A stretch of DNA of 61,509 nucleotides, counting the filler, from Basidioascus undulatus (taxonomy: Eukaryota): the NCBI GenBank assembly GCA_000826855.1. It is 7 parts of 7 records of this genome, joined end to end, with 100 filler letters (N's around TTAATTAATTAA, not from the genome) between each part and the next. Parts side by side here need not be neighbours in the genome. Positions count along the whole stretch, not along the records: positions 29,238 to 55,672 come from JTLS01000188.1; positions 55,773 to 61,509 come from JTLS01001880.1; 5 more parts are not named here. The stretch is one strand, 5' to 3'. The notes under the pieces were generated by a model. The model was not told the origin of the DNA and ran no database searches. It saw only the letters and a program-made list of their open reading frames with translations. The translations under genes were made by a program, and so were the position numbers. Shown piece by piece: positions 38,439 to 58,086 of the stretch; the stretch's first letter is position 1; each line of letters opens with the position of its first letter.

Positions 38439-41400
38439 AATGGAGCAAATGAGTTCAAACGCTGTTATTGCTCGGTGAAGAGGAGAATGGTGTTGGTAGG
38501 AAGCGAAGAGAGACCCGGGGACGGAACACCACCCTTGTCTCTCGCCGCGTGTTGCACGATATTCCGGTGCCTGCCGCAAAACCCGACCTACTTTATGAAT
38601 TGCCGCCCTGGCAATCATCATGTCATACAATTCTCATCACGGCTGCGGTTGTATCTTTGAGGCCGGGCGCGCCGTCCACCTTGCTGGTCCCGCTATCTTC
38701 CCTTGTGTGCCGTGAGGTTCCGTTGGACGAGTACCACTGACAAACATCTTCACAGCTGTCACTAACAGCGCAGAAGATACTCTAACATGGCTCTGGAATG
38801 AGTCTTCATAGCCCAACGAGCAACACAGGAAGCGTCGCGTGACGCGGACACTTTTAGTATGTCTTGCAGATTGACGGCCTTGTAGTTGTATTCTATCATT
38901 CTTTATACATCACAAAGGCCTCAGTTATTGATAACACTAAGGACGCAAGGACGAGGATGTCATGAGCAGCAAGCATCGGCCTCGCGTGGCCCTGTCATAG
39001 CGGTAGAATGCCTGGTCGTCCAGCTTTCATTGATGCATCCCATAAACCTTGGTATTTCATTAAAAACGGCGGTATCTTGAGACTCATCGTTGAACGGGGA
39101 GGCACCCTCCTGCCGGCATCCAGCATTCATCGTGAAGAAATCGCAGTCATCATCCGACCATCGACCACTCACATTACACAACCTTCTCAGGCGCTTTCAG
39201 CATTTCGGGGGCTGAAGGACCAGGTATGTGGGGTACTTAAATTTATTGACGTCCAATGTTTTCCCACCGACCGCCAGCGTCATCGCGCGGATGTTTTCAA
39301 GTCCGACGCCGACTGGGGTCGGTTCATAACATGCAGAGATGGCGAGCCGTCCGCCTCTCACTGAGGAGAGACCATCCGAGCATAACCACCCTGTTTTACC
39401 AGTGTCAGCTTCATAAAATACGGTGCCCATCTTCCCGTCTTCCAGTACACAAGCTGCGAACCTCTTCGGCAGCCCTTGCTTCCCACATCCTGCTACCCGC
39501 CGCGGCCATCGATGACACACAATAGACAGCCTACGGATCATTCTCCCGTACAAGTAGGCTCTCTCGCCTTTCTTTCCTCCATCGTTGGGTTGGGGAGGCC
39601 TGTTGAGGCTCACGAGGCACCTGCGCTCGCAGGCTCCATACGACCCACCACCCAAGCTTGTCTATAAAGGGTACGGCACCCTGGATGACGGGTACGCCTG
39701 CTTCATAACCGGATATATTGATTTTCTGAATATCAAGCTGGCCACCTTCCATCTCCAGCCCGTTCAAGTTCAGTCGCCCTCCCACTGCTCGACGTGTGCG
39801 ACGGCAACGCGTCAAGATGACCCTCCCGCCCCTCCCTCCGCTGCGCTTGAATGTCGATGATGATTCGAAGGACGATGCTGTAGCTGTCGTTCTTTCCCGC
39901 TTTGTGCCTTCTCGTTCCAATTCGGGTGCGGCTTCCCAATGAAATGGTTGGCCCCACAATTGCTGTGAATGAATTGAATGAACATGGACAGCAGGCTGCG
40001 CAGCCTTCATGAGAACCCCTTTCCTGGGGCCATACGAGGCCCGGTGTCATCCAACGCCTCTTGGAATAGAGAATATATCGGTTCAGTTCCGCACTTCAGA
40101 CGGACACATGAGAGCCTTAGAGCGCTTCAGGGCACGCTTTGCCGAATTGGCCTTTCTGCGGCAGCCCCAGCGTCTAGTCATTGCCAGTTCATTGATTGGC
40201 CCTGATCTCATAAAGATGACTATACATGAGCAGCAATTGCAAATTTCATATATACTTGGAGATGCGTTGGCGCGCGATGCGCTAGGCGCCGCGAGCCAAC
40301 GCCCCCTGCTGCGAGGGAGAACCTCCCCAAAGCGAGAGGCAGGAGCGGACATTTTTCTGTTGAAAATACACCAGCCTCTCCGAATGTTTTTTCATCAAAA
40401 CGAGAAGCTCCAAGACCATGTCCTTGACGTGGAATGAGCTAGATTGGCGCTGCGTGGGGGCTGTGCAGCGGATGGCCATGAGCTCGCTCGTGCGTCGACT
40501 GATGGACTGTAGGTACACTCTCTAGGTTAACGAGGTTGTGTAATCATGATTGTACTTACTCAGTCAACTGTTTGTTCCCAAGCGTGCCTTGCTTCTCTGA
40601 AAGCGGACGCGTTCTTGGCTCCCCAAGGCTCCCTTCACGCGCTGCCGCGTCCGGTTCCGAGCGTTCAAGCAAATATTCAACTCTAGCCAAAGCAATTTCG
40701 CCAACAGCCCATGTACACAATCAGCAACTTTGGATGAACAGGCATGGTATACATGAAAGACAGCGATAGGGATGTAGAGCAGATACAAATCGGAAGTACC
40801 CTCGAGCAGGACGGCCGGTCTTGTATCCAGCCATCGGTCTCCCCGCGCAGGGAAGAGCGTTGCCCGTGAATACAATATTGCAGGCTAACGCAGCGTAGCG
40901 CGGGTCTTAGTTTTGATAGATAGAATTGGAGAAAAAGAGGAGGTTGCGATGGAAGACGCAAAGAAATACCCCGTGAGAGACCGGCCCTGAAGTGCTGGGC
41001 CATGCGGGGCTCATGAGCCCGGGCCGAACGGGGCCTGGGCGGGGCCTGGGCGGGGCCGTTGAAGGTGAGAAGTCGTCTCGCCTACAACACTTCAATCTCA
41101 TTTTCACAAGAATTTTGGCCTGCTGGTATACTGTTGAAGAGCTTTCTGAAGATGAAAAGTTCCAGGACAGTCAAGAACACGCATGTAGGAGCAGCCGAAG
41201 GAAAGCAAGAGCCACGTTTATGCCATCTGTGAAAGGCTGAAATCTCGACAATGACTGTATTCATAACTGAAACACCTCAGAGTCTGATTCAGTCATAGAA
41301 GGTGCTTTCACGAGAAGACGTTGCTGGTGCCCAAGTTTCTGAGTGGGGAAGAGCACTCCCGAAAGCGTCCGTGGCAACGTCAGCGGCTAGAAGATCAGAG

Positions 41401-41599
41401 GTTCATCGTGAACTTCTTAAGCGAGCTATAGCCCAACCATCAAAAATAGCAGACAAAAACGGTCGCGTGCAGCAATATAAATCTCAGCACTTCGAATACC
41501 CACCCTGCACATCAAAACTACGCCTATTGAGCAGACCGTCCCATCAACGATTCTGTCGTGGAACCACGATCCCTGGCGGATCGGGGCAAAGACCCAGGG

Positions 41600-42358
41600 G
41601 ACAGTGAGCGTCTGAAAGCCTTGAACGTTCGACATGGCCTGAATCTCGGCCACCAAGTTCGCATGCTCCTGAGGGGGGAACTGTACTAAGCTGCTCATAC
41701 CGAAGGCTACTTTGCGCAGCGACGTCGATTGCAGGAGGATTTGAATTCCCTCCATCCTCCGCGCAAAACTCCGAGATTGGTGTTCAGGAACACGATGTGA
41801 GTCAGGTTGGGCATCGCCGCAGCCTCTGCGCTGCAGCGTCGTCATCGAAACGGATCTTGGTGATAGCCAGGCGTTCGATCGAAGGTGCGAGTTGCGGCGA
41901 GGCGCTCGTGGAGTCCTTCTTGTAGAAAATGAACTCCTTGAGGCCGGGGGTGTGTGATGCGAAGGGACGAGACGTCGAAGTGAAGTTGCCGAAGCGAGAC
42001 GGCGTACAGACCCCACCCAGATTGACGCGCTCGAGGCGCGGCATCCGAGAGATAATCGCGGATATTATGCCCAAGGGCAAGCTGTTCGGCATCTGTACCG
42101 GCAGCGAGAGAGCCTTGGTGATCTGAAGGAGCTCGGGGCTCTGCGTTGCCGTCCGGAAAAGAGCTTGGAGCTGAGGCTCCGTCGAGAGCACGATAGAGCG
42201 GTAGCGCTCCTTTCGGACAAGCTCGTGGAAAGTTTGCGAAAGGAGAGCGAGTGCGGAGAGCGTGACTTGGTCCAGTGAGTATGCGAGAGGATGCTGGTTG
42301 AGGACGGCCGCTCGGGCAACGATGCCTCGAGGATGTCCTCCGAAAGCTCGACGGGCAT
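41600..42358 (-). pseudogene. F-box/LRR-like protein, frameshifted
   Basis: MPVELSEDILE in one frame, then TLSALALLSQTFHELVRKERYRSIVLSTEPQLQALFRTATQSPELL...MPRLERVNL...TPGLKEF...SIERLAI in another. Typical of expanded basidiomycete F-box/RNI-like genes. Confidence 0.5.
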
Positions 42359-43581
42359 AGCGGATGGGACGAAGTGATCGAAGCGCGCTTATCGGATCGA
42401 AACGATGAGACGAAGAAGTGGATGCTGTGAAGTACGATCGGACTGCAACCTGATGGTGGATGGAGATTCGAGAAGAAAGGTGCTGGTTCGAAAACAAGAG
42501 GGCAGGCTAACGCCGGAGGTGCGTGGCACAGGACCCCCGAATGTGCGGGTAGAGATTCGCGACCAAAAACTGACAGAATCGGCCTCAGAATCGCCGACTC
42601 TTCGCGACAGAAACTGATAAGGGGGAGTAGGGCGCCTAGGTTCGCGAAAAAACTGACAATTGTCTCGCGATAGAGAACACACAACGAATGCACGTTGGCT
42701 GTGCGATGGGCTTTCACTCGGTTGCAGGATCGATCCTTGGGCTTAAATTTTTTTATTTGACTTTTTTACAGTCCATTTGAGTCGCAAGGGCCTTGAATAG
42801 AGGGAAGGGTCATGTCCTGAGGGGGTGAGGAAGCGTGAAACCAGGTGAAAAGGGACCAGGGCTTCAACTTTCCGAAGCTACCCGCCCTCTTACACCTTGA
42901 CAAGGTGCAGAAAAGCTCTGAAGAGACTTGAGGGGGTTTCACAGGGCAAAGCAGCGAGTTGAAGGCCATTTCCGACGCTCTGAAGGCCCACTGAGGTTCG
43001 CGACAGAAACTGACAAGGCCGCCGAGCACCTTCGCGACGCAAAAACTGACATAAGTGCCAAAAAGGGGCCTTTTCTGTGGCGAACCTCTGCTAGGACTTT
43101 CGGGGATCTTCGTGGCACGCATACCTTCGCTGCTTACATAATCATGAGCCTGCCAAGGGAGTCGTTCTCTCTTCAAGAGTATATTTGCGGCTGTGCTTCT
43201 GCACTGGATGGAAGAAATAAACAAGACCTTCAAGACTTCGCCAGAGGATAGATACGAGAGGTGTCTTCGGCGTGCCGAAGCTGGCGCCCAAGACCTCACG
43301 TGTGGCACCCAGCTGATGTCCTCCACTCTCTTGGAAAAGCAGGCTAGCATACTGTGATCGCTGTCACAGATACATGGGCAGTATGGTCTGCATTATCCGT
43401 TGAATCACGGTTGGTGCTTCCCGATACGTGTTCTGGCGTGTCTGGAGAAGCCGAGCCGAGTGCAACGAGGCCTGCTGTTCCTTGTTCTCCTCTTAATATC
43501 CTCCCATCTCGAACGAACTTGTCTTCTCCGTACTAGCTGACCCCGTATTAAAATCCACTCCACTACTTTAGATCTCTGGTC

Positions 43582-45607
43582 ATGTCTGTTGAGGTACCGA
43601 AGACATGTAAAGCAGCGGTCTGCGTGGTGCGTGTGCTTCTGCGCTTCTGTACGCGTAGTTCCACTGATACGACGATCGGTATCTTGGGGAATTGTGGATG
43701 CAGAACCGCGGTACAAACTACCACATTGAATGCAAATACGACTATCCCGTGCCCACGCCTGGGAGGGGTGAGCTCTTGCTCCGCCTCAACGTTACGGGGT
43801 TGTGCATGTCCGACGTCCGTACGTTGTTCGCGGTCTACTTGTGTATTGATGTATGCTGACAGATGCATCACCAAACAGACTTCATGAAAGGTCTGTTTGT
43901 AAGAAGAAACAGTATTCCGTGTGCTTGTCTGACCCATCCCTTACAGGCGACTGGGGCGTGCTCATGCAGCCCGGTGTCGACTGCGCTGGGCACGAGGGAG
44001 CCGGTACGGTTGTGGCTCTTGGTGAGGGGGTGGACCCGAGCAAGTGGAAGATCGGCGACCGGCACGTCCCATTCTTCCCAGCAATCGTGTTCACTCTATC
44101 TGATCGTGTCGTCCTCAGCGCTGGCCTGAAGCCCATCTACGACACCTGGTCCGTTCCCTCTTCTTCCTTATTTAATGAGAGCCTAGCTAAACAGGGTTGC
44201 TTCACAGTGGAGAATGCTAGCTTTGCCGTAACGGCAAGGAGACTTACTGTGATCACTCTCTTTCGACCGGTTGTCAAAAACAGGTACGCATAGTGCAATC
44301 GGACGAGTCGCAGCTCGACTGACTTGCCGTACACCCTATAGGGAACTTACTGCAGTACGGTTTTGTATTATCTGTCTTGGGAGTCAACCAGCAACTAAGC
44401 CTCTGCGGTGCAGTACGTGCTGTCCCCGGCCAAGTACACGTCTCGTTTCCCCGACGGCGTTCCGGACGAGATTGCTGGACCCGTCAGTAAGTATCAGACA
44501 ATCTTTGAAAAAGAAGCAGCATTCTTGAGAAGTTTCGCCGGTAGTGTGCAGCGGTGCGACCGTCTACGCAGCTTTGAAGGCGTCTGAAGCTCGGGCGGGT
44601 CAATGGTGCGTCCGAATTGAAGACGCTGCACATCCAACATGCTCACGCTGGTGCTTAGGGTTGCCATTCCTGGTGCTGGCGTTGGGGTTGGGCACATGGT
44701 GATACCACCGAAACTGGGCCCGCAGTGTTCCCTTACTCCATACCACCTCAATGCAGGCCGTGCAATATGCGGTCGCCCTCGGTCTCCGCGTCGTCGCCAT
44801 TGACACCACCGACAGTAAGCGCCAGCTCTGCAGTGCGCTAGGTGCGATGCTTCTTCAAAACCTGAAATCTCTCTCCATACTGAACTCCTCGGGGATCTGC
44901 AGGCGCTGAGGCGTTCATCGACTTTGCCACCACGACGGACATCAAGGAGGAGGTGCTGAAGATTACCGGCGGGGGTGCACACGCTGTCGTAAGTTTCACC
45001 TGAAGCGGCTGTTTAGTAACCTCACCTGCCTTGACGTCGCAGGTCGTCACCGGTGGAACAGGCAAAGCGTACGAAGGCGCCCACGGTCTGCTTCGCAAGT
45101 GCGGCGCCATGGTCTGCCTTGGACTGCGTACGCAAACACTTGATTCTCATATATCCGTTGAATAGTCATGCTGACCAGTCGCTCTATGAAGCTTCTCGCG
45201 GGACGGCGTTCGCGGGAGGGGACCCGTTCGACATGTGCTTCGCGAACCTCCGGATAGTCGGCAGCCTTGTCGCTGGGATGGACGATGTCGACGAGGCGTT
45301 GCGCTTTGCCGCCCGCGGCCTTATACGCCCAAGTGTGTAATTCTCTTCAAAGGCTATGGATATCACGGATGCTGATTTTGCTTCGGTTGCAGGATCAACG
45401 ACGTACGCCGCTCACACTGAATCAGCTGCTTGGCCCGTAGCTCACAGTGTACATTTCCACAGTTTACTTTCGAAGAGCTTCCTGAGGCCGTTAAGCTTTT
45501 GGTAACCTGGCATATTCTTGAACGTCGCCTGGGGAAGCACTCACGCGGGAGGGGAACAGACGCAAAGCAAGATCACCGGCCGCGCCGTCGTGAGCTTCGA
45601 CAAGTGA
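43582..45607 (+). pseudogene. Zn-dependent medium-chain alcohol dehydrogenase with one in-frame TAG (pseudogene or null allele)
   Basis: ELLLRLNVTGLCMSD, CAGHEGAGTVVALG, structural-Zn C-GEC*LCRNGKETYC (TAG at 44218-44220), CSGATVYAALK, AIPGAGVGVGHM-AVQYA, IVGSLVAG..VDEALRFAARG and ITGRAVVSFDK*. Many short exons. Confidence 0.85.
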
Positions 45608-46221
45608 TAGGCCTTCGAACCTGTAAATGCGCCGCCGTCCCGTATCAGAATTGACAAAGCTATGAGGGTTGAAGGGAAACGAACAGCTTATGATGCGGGA
45701 TGTATGGGCTGCCTGACATACCACATGCGCCAATGCATACACTATTATGTATCTCTGCTGGTTGAGTTGGCAACTGCCGCGGTTTACCTGCAGTCCAAAT
45801 ATTTTCAGTGATCACATTATGAATCACACAGAGACAGCCTGAGGGACTGAAACGTGTAAAACGTTTTAAAGCGAACGTGTGGCGAGTCTCGCACATAATC
45901 TGTGCAGCCGTCCTCTCCTCTCCCGACCACGCTCACCCTCCTTCGTTGCAGGACAACCTTGAGTCTTTCCGTAGATTTGGAGAGTAAAGACTCCACCGGC
46001 GAGCCAAAGTGATCGTCAGGGAGGCACGTCGCGCCCAGAATACTTGCAACAAGTTCAAGTCAAGCTCGTCGACGGACACAGCAGACCGCATGATAATAAT
46101 CGTGGCTGGGTAATACTGAGTGAGATAGACGTTGCATTCGCATTCCGGTAATCCCTCGAGCACCTCAAGAGCAAAGGAAAGAAATCAAAAGTCAGGATGT
46201 GGAAAAGAAGTCCCATCCAAT

Positions 46222-52219
<5,998 letters not shown>

Positions 52220-55200
52220 TTAGTGAGAAAGGCGGTCGGTGTGAGTCGAGCGCTGCCCTGCCCTGTCTTCTGCTTGCGCTCGGCCCGAAGAGCGAGTTAA
52301 AGTCAACAAGCCTCTTTTCGCCAAGGCACATCGGCCGATAGCTTCCGCGTCCACACCGGTCAACTGTCTGCGTTTTATTTCAACACTTTTGCATAGTTAT
52401 CAGCGCATTATCAATGCATTCTCCTTCGCTGTAACCCAGTCGTTTCAACACCATGCACACCTTTCACAGCGAACACAGTCCCATTGGCCTAACTCTGTCC
52501 ATCACGGCTCAACGGATGCTTCCCACCCCGATCACTGGAACCTCGCGGCCCGGAGACGGCCATCGCCAGCCCACGACGGTAGCAAGTGGGTGCAAGACCG
52601 ATCCGCAGGTGCTGATAAACGTGGGAGCGTGATCGTGATCTGCCTCTCAGGCTGACTGATGAGTTCCGTCGCTGCTCCTGCCGCTGCGATTGGGACCCGC
52701 TGCGTGAACCCGGATGCATGCGTCTTGGAAAAAAATTGCGTTTCCTATTTTAGCAAGAGACGGAAAGAGACGGGAACGGTATGCGCATGGGAGGGGTACT
52801 CGGTAGCATCGTGATCCAAGGTCACTGAGGTCGCCCACCGCACCGACCAACTCAGATCAACTCAGCTTCGGCTTCACGAAGCAAGTGCAAACCGGGACGT
52901 AGGTGCTCATGGATGAAGAGGCAGATGCAGGTCTGCTCTGACCTGAAAGGGTCCCTGGTGAAACTAGCCGGTCATTCACCTCGAAGTAGGCAGGCTGGCG
53001 CAGGCCCAACCAGCCCATCGCGAGGGCTGGTTTACCACGCCCGATCCACAATCGTTTCTAAGAAAATAGGGTTTCATATTGCAGATGGAAATGTGGGTGG
53101 TACGGCAGCCCGCCTGTATCTATTGTGGACGAAAGGGCGTTTGAGCCGGTTACATTCAAAAAGACGGTGTGGTCTCTGTAGCCGCCGAACAACGATGGTC
53201 AAGGCTATACACTCTTGACCAAACCTAGTAATAATAAAGGACATAAATAAGCTCAAAGATGTCGAGCTGGGCACTGACTGAACTTGTTGTCCGTATCCGA
53301 GAGACTGGTCAAGTTGGGTTCGGCGAAGCATCCAAGGCGACTCTGCTAATCTGCTGCACGCAGAACCGGCTCGTATTGCAGGAAGAACCTCCCGAGCTCT
53401 GGTGAAGCTTGGATTCCGTCTTTCCCTCATCCACCATCCAGCGCACACGGCACTTCAGAAGTGCCAGCCCGCTTCCGGGGCTGGGTCCTCCATGAGAGAC
53501 TGAGCGCGCCTGCTCACTGTACGAGCAGGAATCGACAACACTTTTACCAAATTAAAAAGCACACGAAGAGGCACAAAGGTTATACGATAGCTTTCGAGAG
53601 GGTGATCAAGTCAGATCATGCGTCCTAGACTACTATCCTGAAGGCTTTTCCCCATCTCTCAACAGCGAGCAGACCTTCCTGTTCGGAAAGAGTCCGAAAC
53701 CCCTCAGTTCACATGCAGCCTTCTTTAAGGTCACACAGAGCACACAGCACTTCAGAACTGGCAGTTCCCTTCCGGGGCTGGGTCGTCCCTGTTCACGTAT
53801 CTCAGGGCCCAAAGCAAGAATGACAATAATCTCTGTCAAATTCGTTGTATCCATAGAGCCCCATGTTTCTCAGGTCCTAAGTGGAGTAAGATGCAGACAG
53901 TACCGATCCAGAGAAACTGGTAACCCGCTGGCTCACCAGACATTCCAGAGACGGCATTCGATGGGAACTGTTGAGCGCAGCGATGTGGCTCATGCATCCC
54001 GCTTTAACAATCACGTTTCTCCCCCACGCACTTGTATCTAAAGGCAAACCGTTTTCTTCCCGAAGGGACGACGGTCAAGATGAAGCGAAGCGATAGAGCA
54101 ATGGGCTGCACCCTGAACTTGTGGGACCTTCGCACTGGCACCTGTCCCCAATCCTTCGGGCTTGACAAACGTGGAGAGGGTTTCACACGTGGTCATGAGG
54201 TCATTTTGAAGCCCTTTCTTTTGACGTACATGGTCTTTGCATGGTCACGAGCGTGCTTGCACGTTGGTCTTTCACGTTTCGATTCGCAGTTGCGGATGCT
54301 TGTACCATTGGGGGTGCCTGTCCAGCTAATGGCTCACGCAACAACATTGCGTAGAGTGAACAAGCGGACCAAATGCCGAATGGACGTTCAAGAAGTATGC
54401 ATGTCTGTTTCGCATACTTTTGAGCAGCAAACTTCCCGTTGATAAGCAGGCCAACCCGAAGTAGATAGCAGCAAGAGTGTCTTTTGGCCCTACTCGACCC
54501 GTGACGGACGGTCCGCTCGGGTTGTCCCACTGATCAGGGAGCTCTAGTCGAAGCCATCGAAGCTCTTTGAAAACCCCGAGTTGAGACAGTGTCTCCCAAT
54601 TGGCGACCCGAAAGACAATCCCAGACGAGTGACAGAGTGAGCGTTGTGGACGACCAGAGCACCAATGGTTGCAGGCAAAGCGACACTGCTGTATTCGATC
54701 GAGACGATCTCGAGGTTGCGAGTATACTGCTTAGGGTTCTGGATGAGATAACTCCAGAGGCACTGCCGAACTCGAGGGATCGAATGTAACGAGCAGGTCG
54801 AAGCCCTGCGAGGTCCCGCGCGAGGAGATGGCGTTCGAAAGCTCGTTCCCCTCCGTACCGGTGCGGCGGTAGCGATGAGGCTCCGATAGTTTTTACAAAA
54901 CTCATGATATATCAATGAGCACCCCTAGTGGCTCAAGCATGGAGAACGACTTACGTTCCAAGCTCTGCAGACTAGCGAAAGGGCGGTAGCCTGCCCTAAG
55001 TCCATGCCTATCGTGCCACACGCTTTCGTAACTTCATAAGGCTCCTGCAAAATTTCATATCCTTGTAATGTGTGCTTGAAAATCAACGAGGGATACGGAG
55101 TTCCACCGCTCCTTTGCTGCTATGCACGCATGGACGCTGCGAGTGGGCGGCAAAAGGAGGGAACGCCGACCCACAACGTTGAGAAGTAAGGATAAGGCTA

Positions 55201-55672
55201 AAACCCTACAGATTGTAAAATAACTATTTACTTCCTAAAGGGGTACCAAGGGCAGTTAGGAGTGTAAAACGACTGTCAAGCGGACGTAGACACTGTGGCA
55301 CGCACAGAACTACCCACGTCTTGTTGTCTTACTTGTAGCAGAGCACTTGTTAAGGGTGGGAATATTACGGGGAGTCAAATTTATCAACACTGTAACATAG
55401 AGTGCTGTTCGAGCAGGAAGTGAGCGTTGCGTTGGCGGCCCGTGCACCATCCGTCGGTTTCTTCTCCCACAGCAGTGCGGTACGGGTCACACTTGCTGCT
55501 TTAGATGAATTAGAAAACCAGGTTAGAAAAATATGAAAACAAGAAACGCAAGGGTGTTGGGCTTCCCAGAACATGTTTGGCGACGCGCGCACCTCACCTC
55601 CCCCATCCAAGCCTTTCGGTCCTGCGCATTCCATTCTCGGCGCACTCACCTCGCGGTCTTCTCCCTTCACCT

Positions 55673-55772
55673 NNNNNNNNNNNNNNNNNNNNNNNNNNNN
55701 NNNNNNNNNNNNNNNNTTAATTAATTAANNNNNNNNNNNNNNNNNNNNNNNNNNNNNNNNNNNNNNNNNNNN
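55673..55772. other. Artificial contig linker
   Basis: N44-TTAATTAATTAA-N44. Confidence 0.99.
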
Positions 55773-56560
55773 TCTCTGCTACGTTCATGGAATGGAATGT
55801 CAGCGGGGTGAGGGCGCGCAAGGGTGTTAGGTGAGGGGGAGGGGAGGAGGAGGGGTGAAGGGAGACACACGGGAGCTCGTCTGGGTCCATGTACTTGTAT
55901 CGCGGCGGCGCGGGCTCGCGGTATTTGAGAGGCTGCTCGCGGCGAGGTCCGCGGCGGTGGCGCCCGTATTCGTCTTGCCATTCGACAATCTCGTTCTGTA
56001 GAGCGCGGAGGTTCAGGGAGCTAAATGAGCTGGTCGATGTAGGAGGCAGGATGGAGAGGACGCACGAGGTACTCTTCGTCTTCGGTTTCCTCGTCGCTGC
56101 TCATCTCCTCGTAGCGCCGGCGATCGAACTGTCCCCCCAGACCCAAAACGTGTTAGCCCTTCCCCCCTCACGTTCACGGCAAGAAAAGGACAAGGAAACG
56201 CACATCGACTAGCGCCCCCTCCTGCAGCTTATCGCTCACGCCCTCCGTCTCGCCCCTCCTAAGCTTCTCATAGATCTCCGCCTTGCGCTCCATCGCCTCG
56301 CGGTGGACGTCCGAATATCCCAAGCGCGCAGCGAACTCGACGCGGTGACGCGTCTCATCCTTCTTGGCGCGCGCCGCCGTGCCCCGGTTCGCACGCAGGA
56401 AGGACGTCGTCCCGCCCACGGAGGAGGACGCCTTGGGCTTCGCGGACGGTTTCGAGCCACCCGCGCCGCCGCCGGCCTTGCGCGCGGCCAGGTCCGCGCG
56501 CAGGGCGAGGAGAGAGGAGGAGGAGATTGTGCTGCTGAAATCGGATTTCTGGTTGGACAT
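55773..56560 (-). CDS. CCDC174/DUF4078-like protein, 5' part
   Basis: SSSSLLALRADL..NRGTAARAKKDE..MERKAEIYEKLRRGE..ALVD-FDRR..EIVEWQDEYGRHR resembles the conserved CCDC174 N-terminal blocks. Truncated by the contig end. Confidence 0.75.
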
Positions 56561-56919
56561 GTTGCTGGAGGGAGGTGGGGGTGAGGAGATGATGGCGGTT
56601 GTACGGCGAGTGCCGCCTGCTTCTGTACTGACTTCCCGCACGCTGTGCAGGCTGTCTCAACAAACACTTTGGCTAGCTCACATTGAGCTTACTCCACTTG
56701 TACGTGTTCAAATTACTCATCTCAGCCGCCTCTCAAATCAAAGGACAGCGTTCGTGAAAAGAAACATCGCCACGTCCCAACCGGGATTCGAACTGTTGCC
56801 CTGCCAGTGTACCTTACGTAACGAACGCCCTCACATCTCAACGCCATATCACGCTCTCGCTCTCGCCTCCCTACCCTCATCAGCTCCCCACTTATACCCC
56901 TTCTGTTCACTCATCCAGG

Positions 56920-58086
56920 ATGGCGAGCGCGTCCTCGTCCTCATCCTCCGCGCCCAAAGTGCCCGATGTACCCGACTCGGGCGTGTCCGCCGCGGAGCTC
57001 GCCGAGCTCGACAAGCTCCTCTCACGCGAGGCGGCCCAGTTCAACCGCGAGCTCGAGATCGAGCGGATCGTCAAGGCGTGTGAGCATGCTTTCCTCCCCT
57101 ATGCAAATCTGGCCTGGGAAACTGACTGGGAAACTGAGGGGTAGTCAAGTTGAAGTGCGTTGACGACGATGCAGACACGTGGGGCGGGTCGGTGAGCTGA
57201 TGCGATGGGGTGGGTAGCCCGTATGATGTCCTTGATATCGAGCATGGCGCGGACGAGAAGACTGTGAAAGCCGTCTATCGCAAGAAGTCTCTCTGTGCAT
57301 ACCATCTTCCCCTCCCTTACCCCTCCCCTCCCCCCATCTCACCTTCTCCCACGTCCAGTAATCCATCCCGACAAAGTAAAGCACGAGCGCGCTGTCGAAG
57401 CGTTCGACCTCCTCAAGAAGGTATCTCCTCCCCTCCCGTCCCATCCCTCTCCCGCGTCTCTGACCCCCTCCCCTCGCAGGCCGAAGCGGAGCTGATGGAC
57501 CCCGAAAGGCGGTCCGTCGTCGACGACGCCGTGTCCGACGCGCGCCTCCTCGTCCTCCGCGAGCTCAAGCTCCCCCCGACAACGCCCGACGACCACCCCA
57601 CGCTGCTCGCGCTCCAGCCGCCGCTTGCGCAGCAGGTCCGCCAGAAGACGCGCGAGGTGCTCATTGATTCGGAGTTGCGGAGACGGAGGTGCGTTGCGAG
57701 AGGGGCGAGGGGGATGGTCTGTTGTGGGACGGGGAAAGCTGATTGGAGTGGCGTGGAACGACAGGGCGATTAAGAACCAGATGGCATATGAGGGGATGGA
57801 GGCCAAAAAGAAGGAGGACGAGGTGACGGCGAAGAAGCGGAAAGCGGAGGAGGCGAAGGAGTGGGAGGGTGCGTGTTTCCTTCTTCCCTCTTCCCTCCAT
57901 CCTTTCCCCCTACCGATCCTCCCGCTCGCCCTTGTCCCTCCATTCTCGCACAGCAGTAGCTAACCAACGGTGGTGGTGGTGGCGCGCACAGAACGACGAG
58001 ACGACCGCGTCTCGGACTGGCGGTCGTTCCAGAAGGAGGGGCTCGCGAAGAAGAAGAAAAAGAAGAAACTCGAGGTGCTCGGTTGA
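56920..58086 (+). CDS. SPF31: J-domain protein, Spf31/DNAJC8 family
   Basis: ELEIERIVKA-FKL-NPYDVLD..YRKKSL-IHPDK..AFDLLKK-AEAEL..ELRRR..KEWE..RDDRVSDWRSFQ..KKKKKKKLEVLG*. HPD motif present; 10-nt microexon at 57145-57154. Confidence 0.92.

Noticed and set aside
31466..39790. TA-CAGTGGAGTCTC-AACTTGAACGG near 31470 and inverted CCGTTCAAGTT..CCACTG near 39760-39787 as transposon terminal repeats around MLS1
   Set aside because: Only an 11-bp match, which is expected by chance in a window of this size. No matching target-site duplication and no transposase.
52389..55672. Possible transposon or LTR relics upstream of ARO1
   Set aside because: No RT, integrase or transposase motifs and no paired terminal repeats seen.
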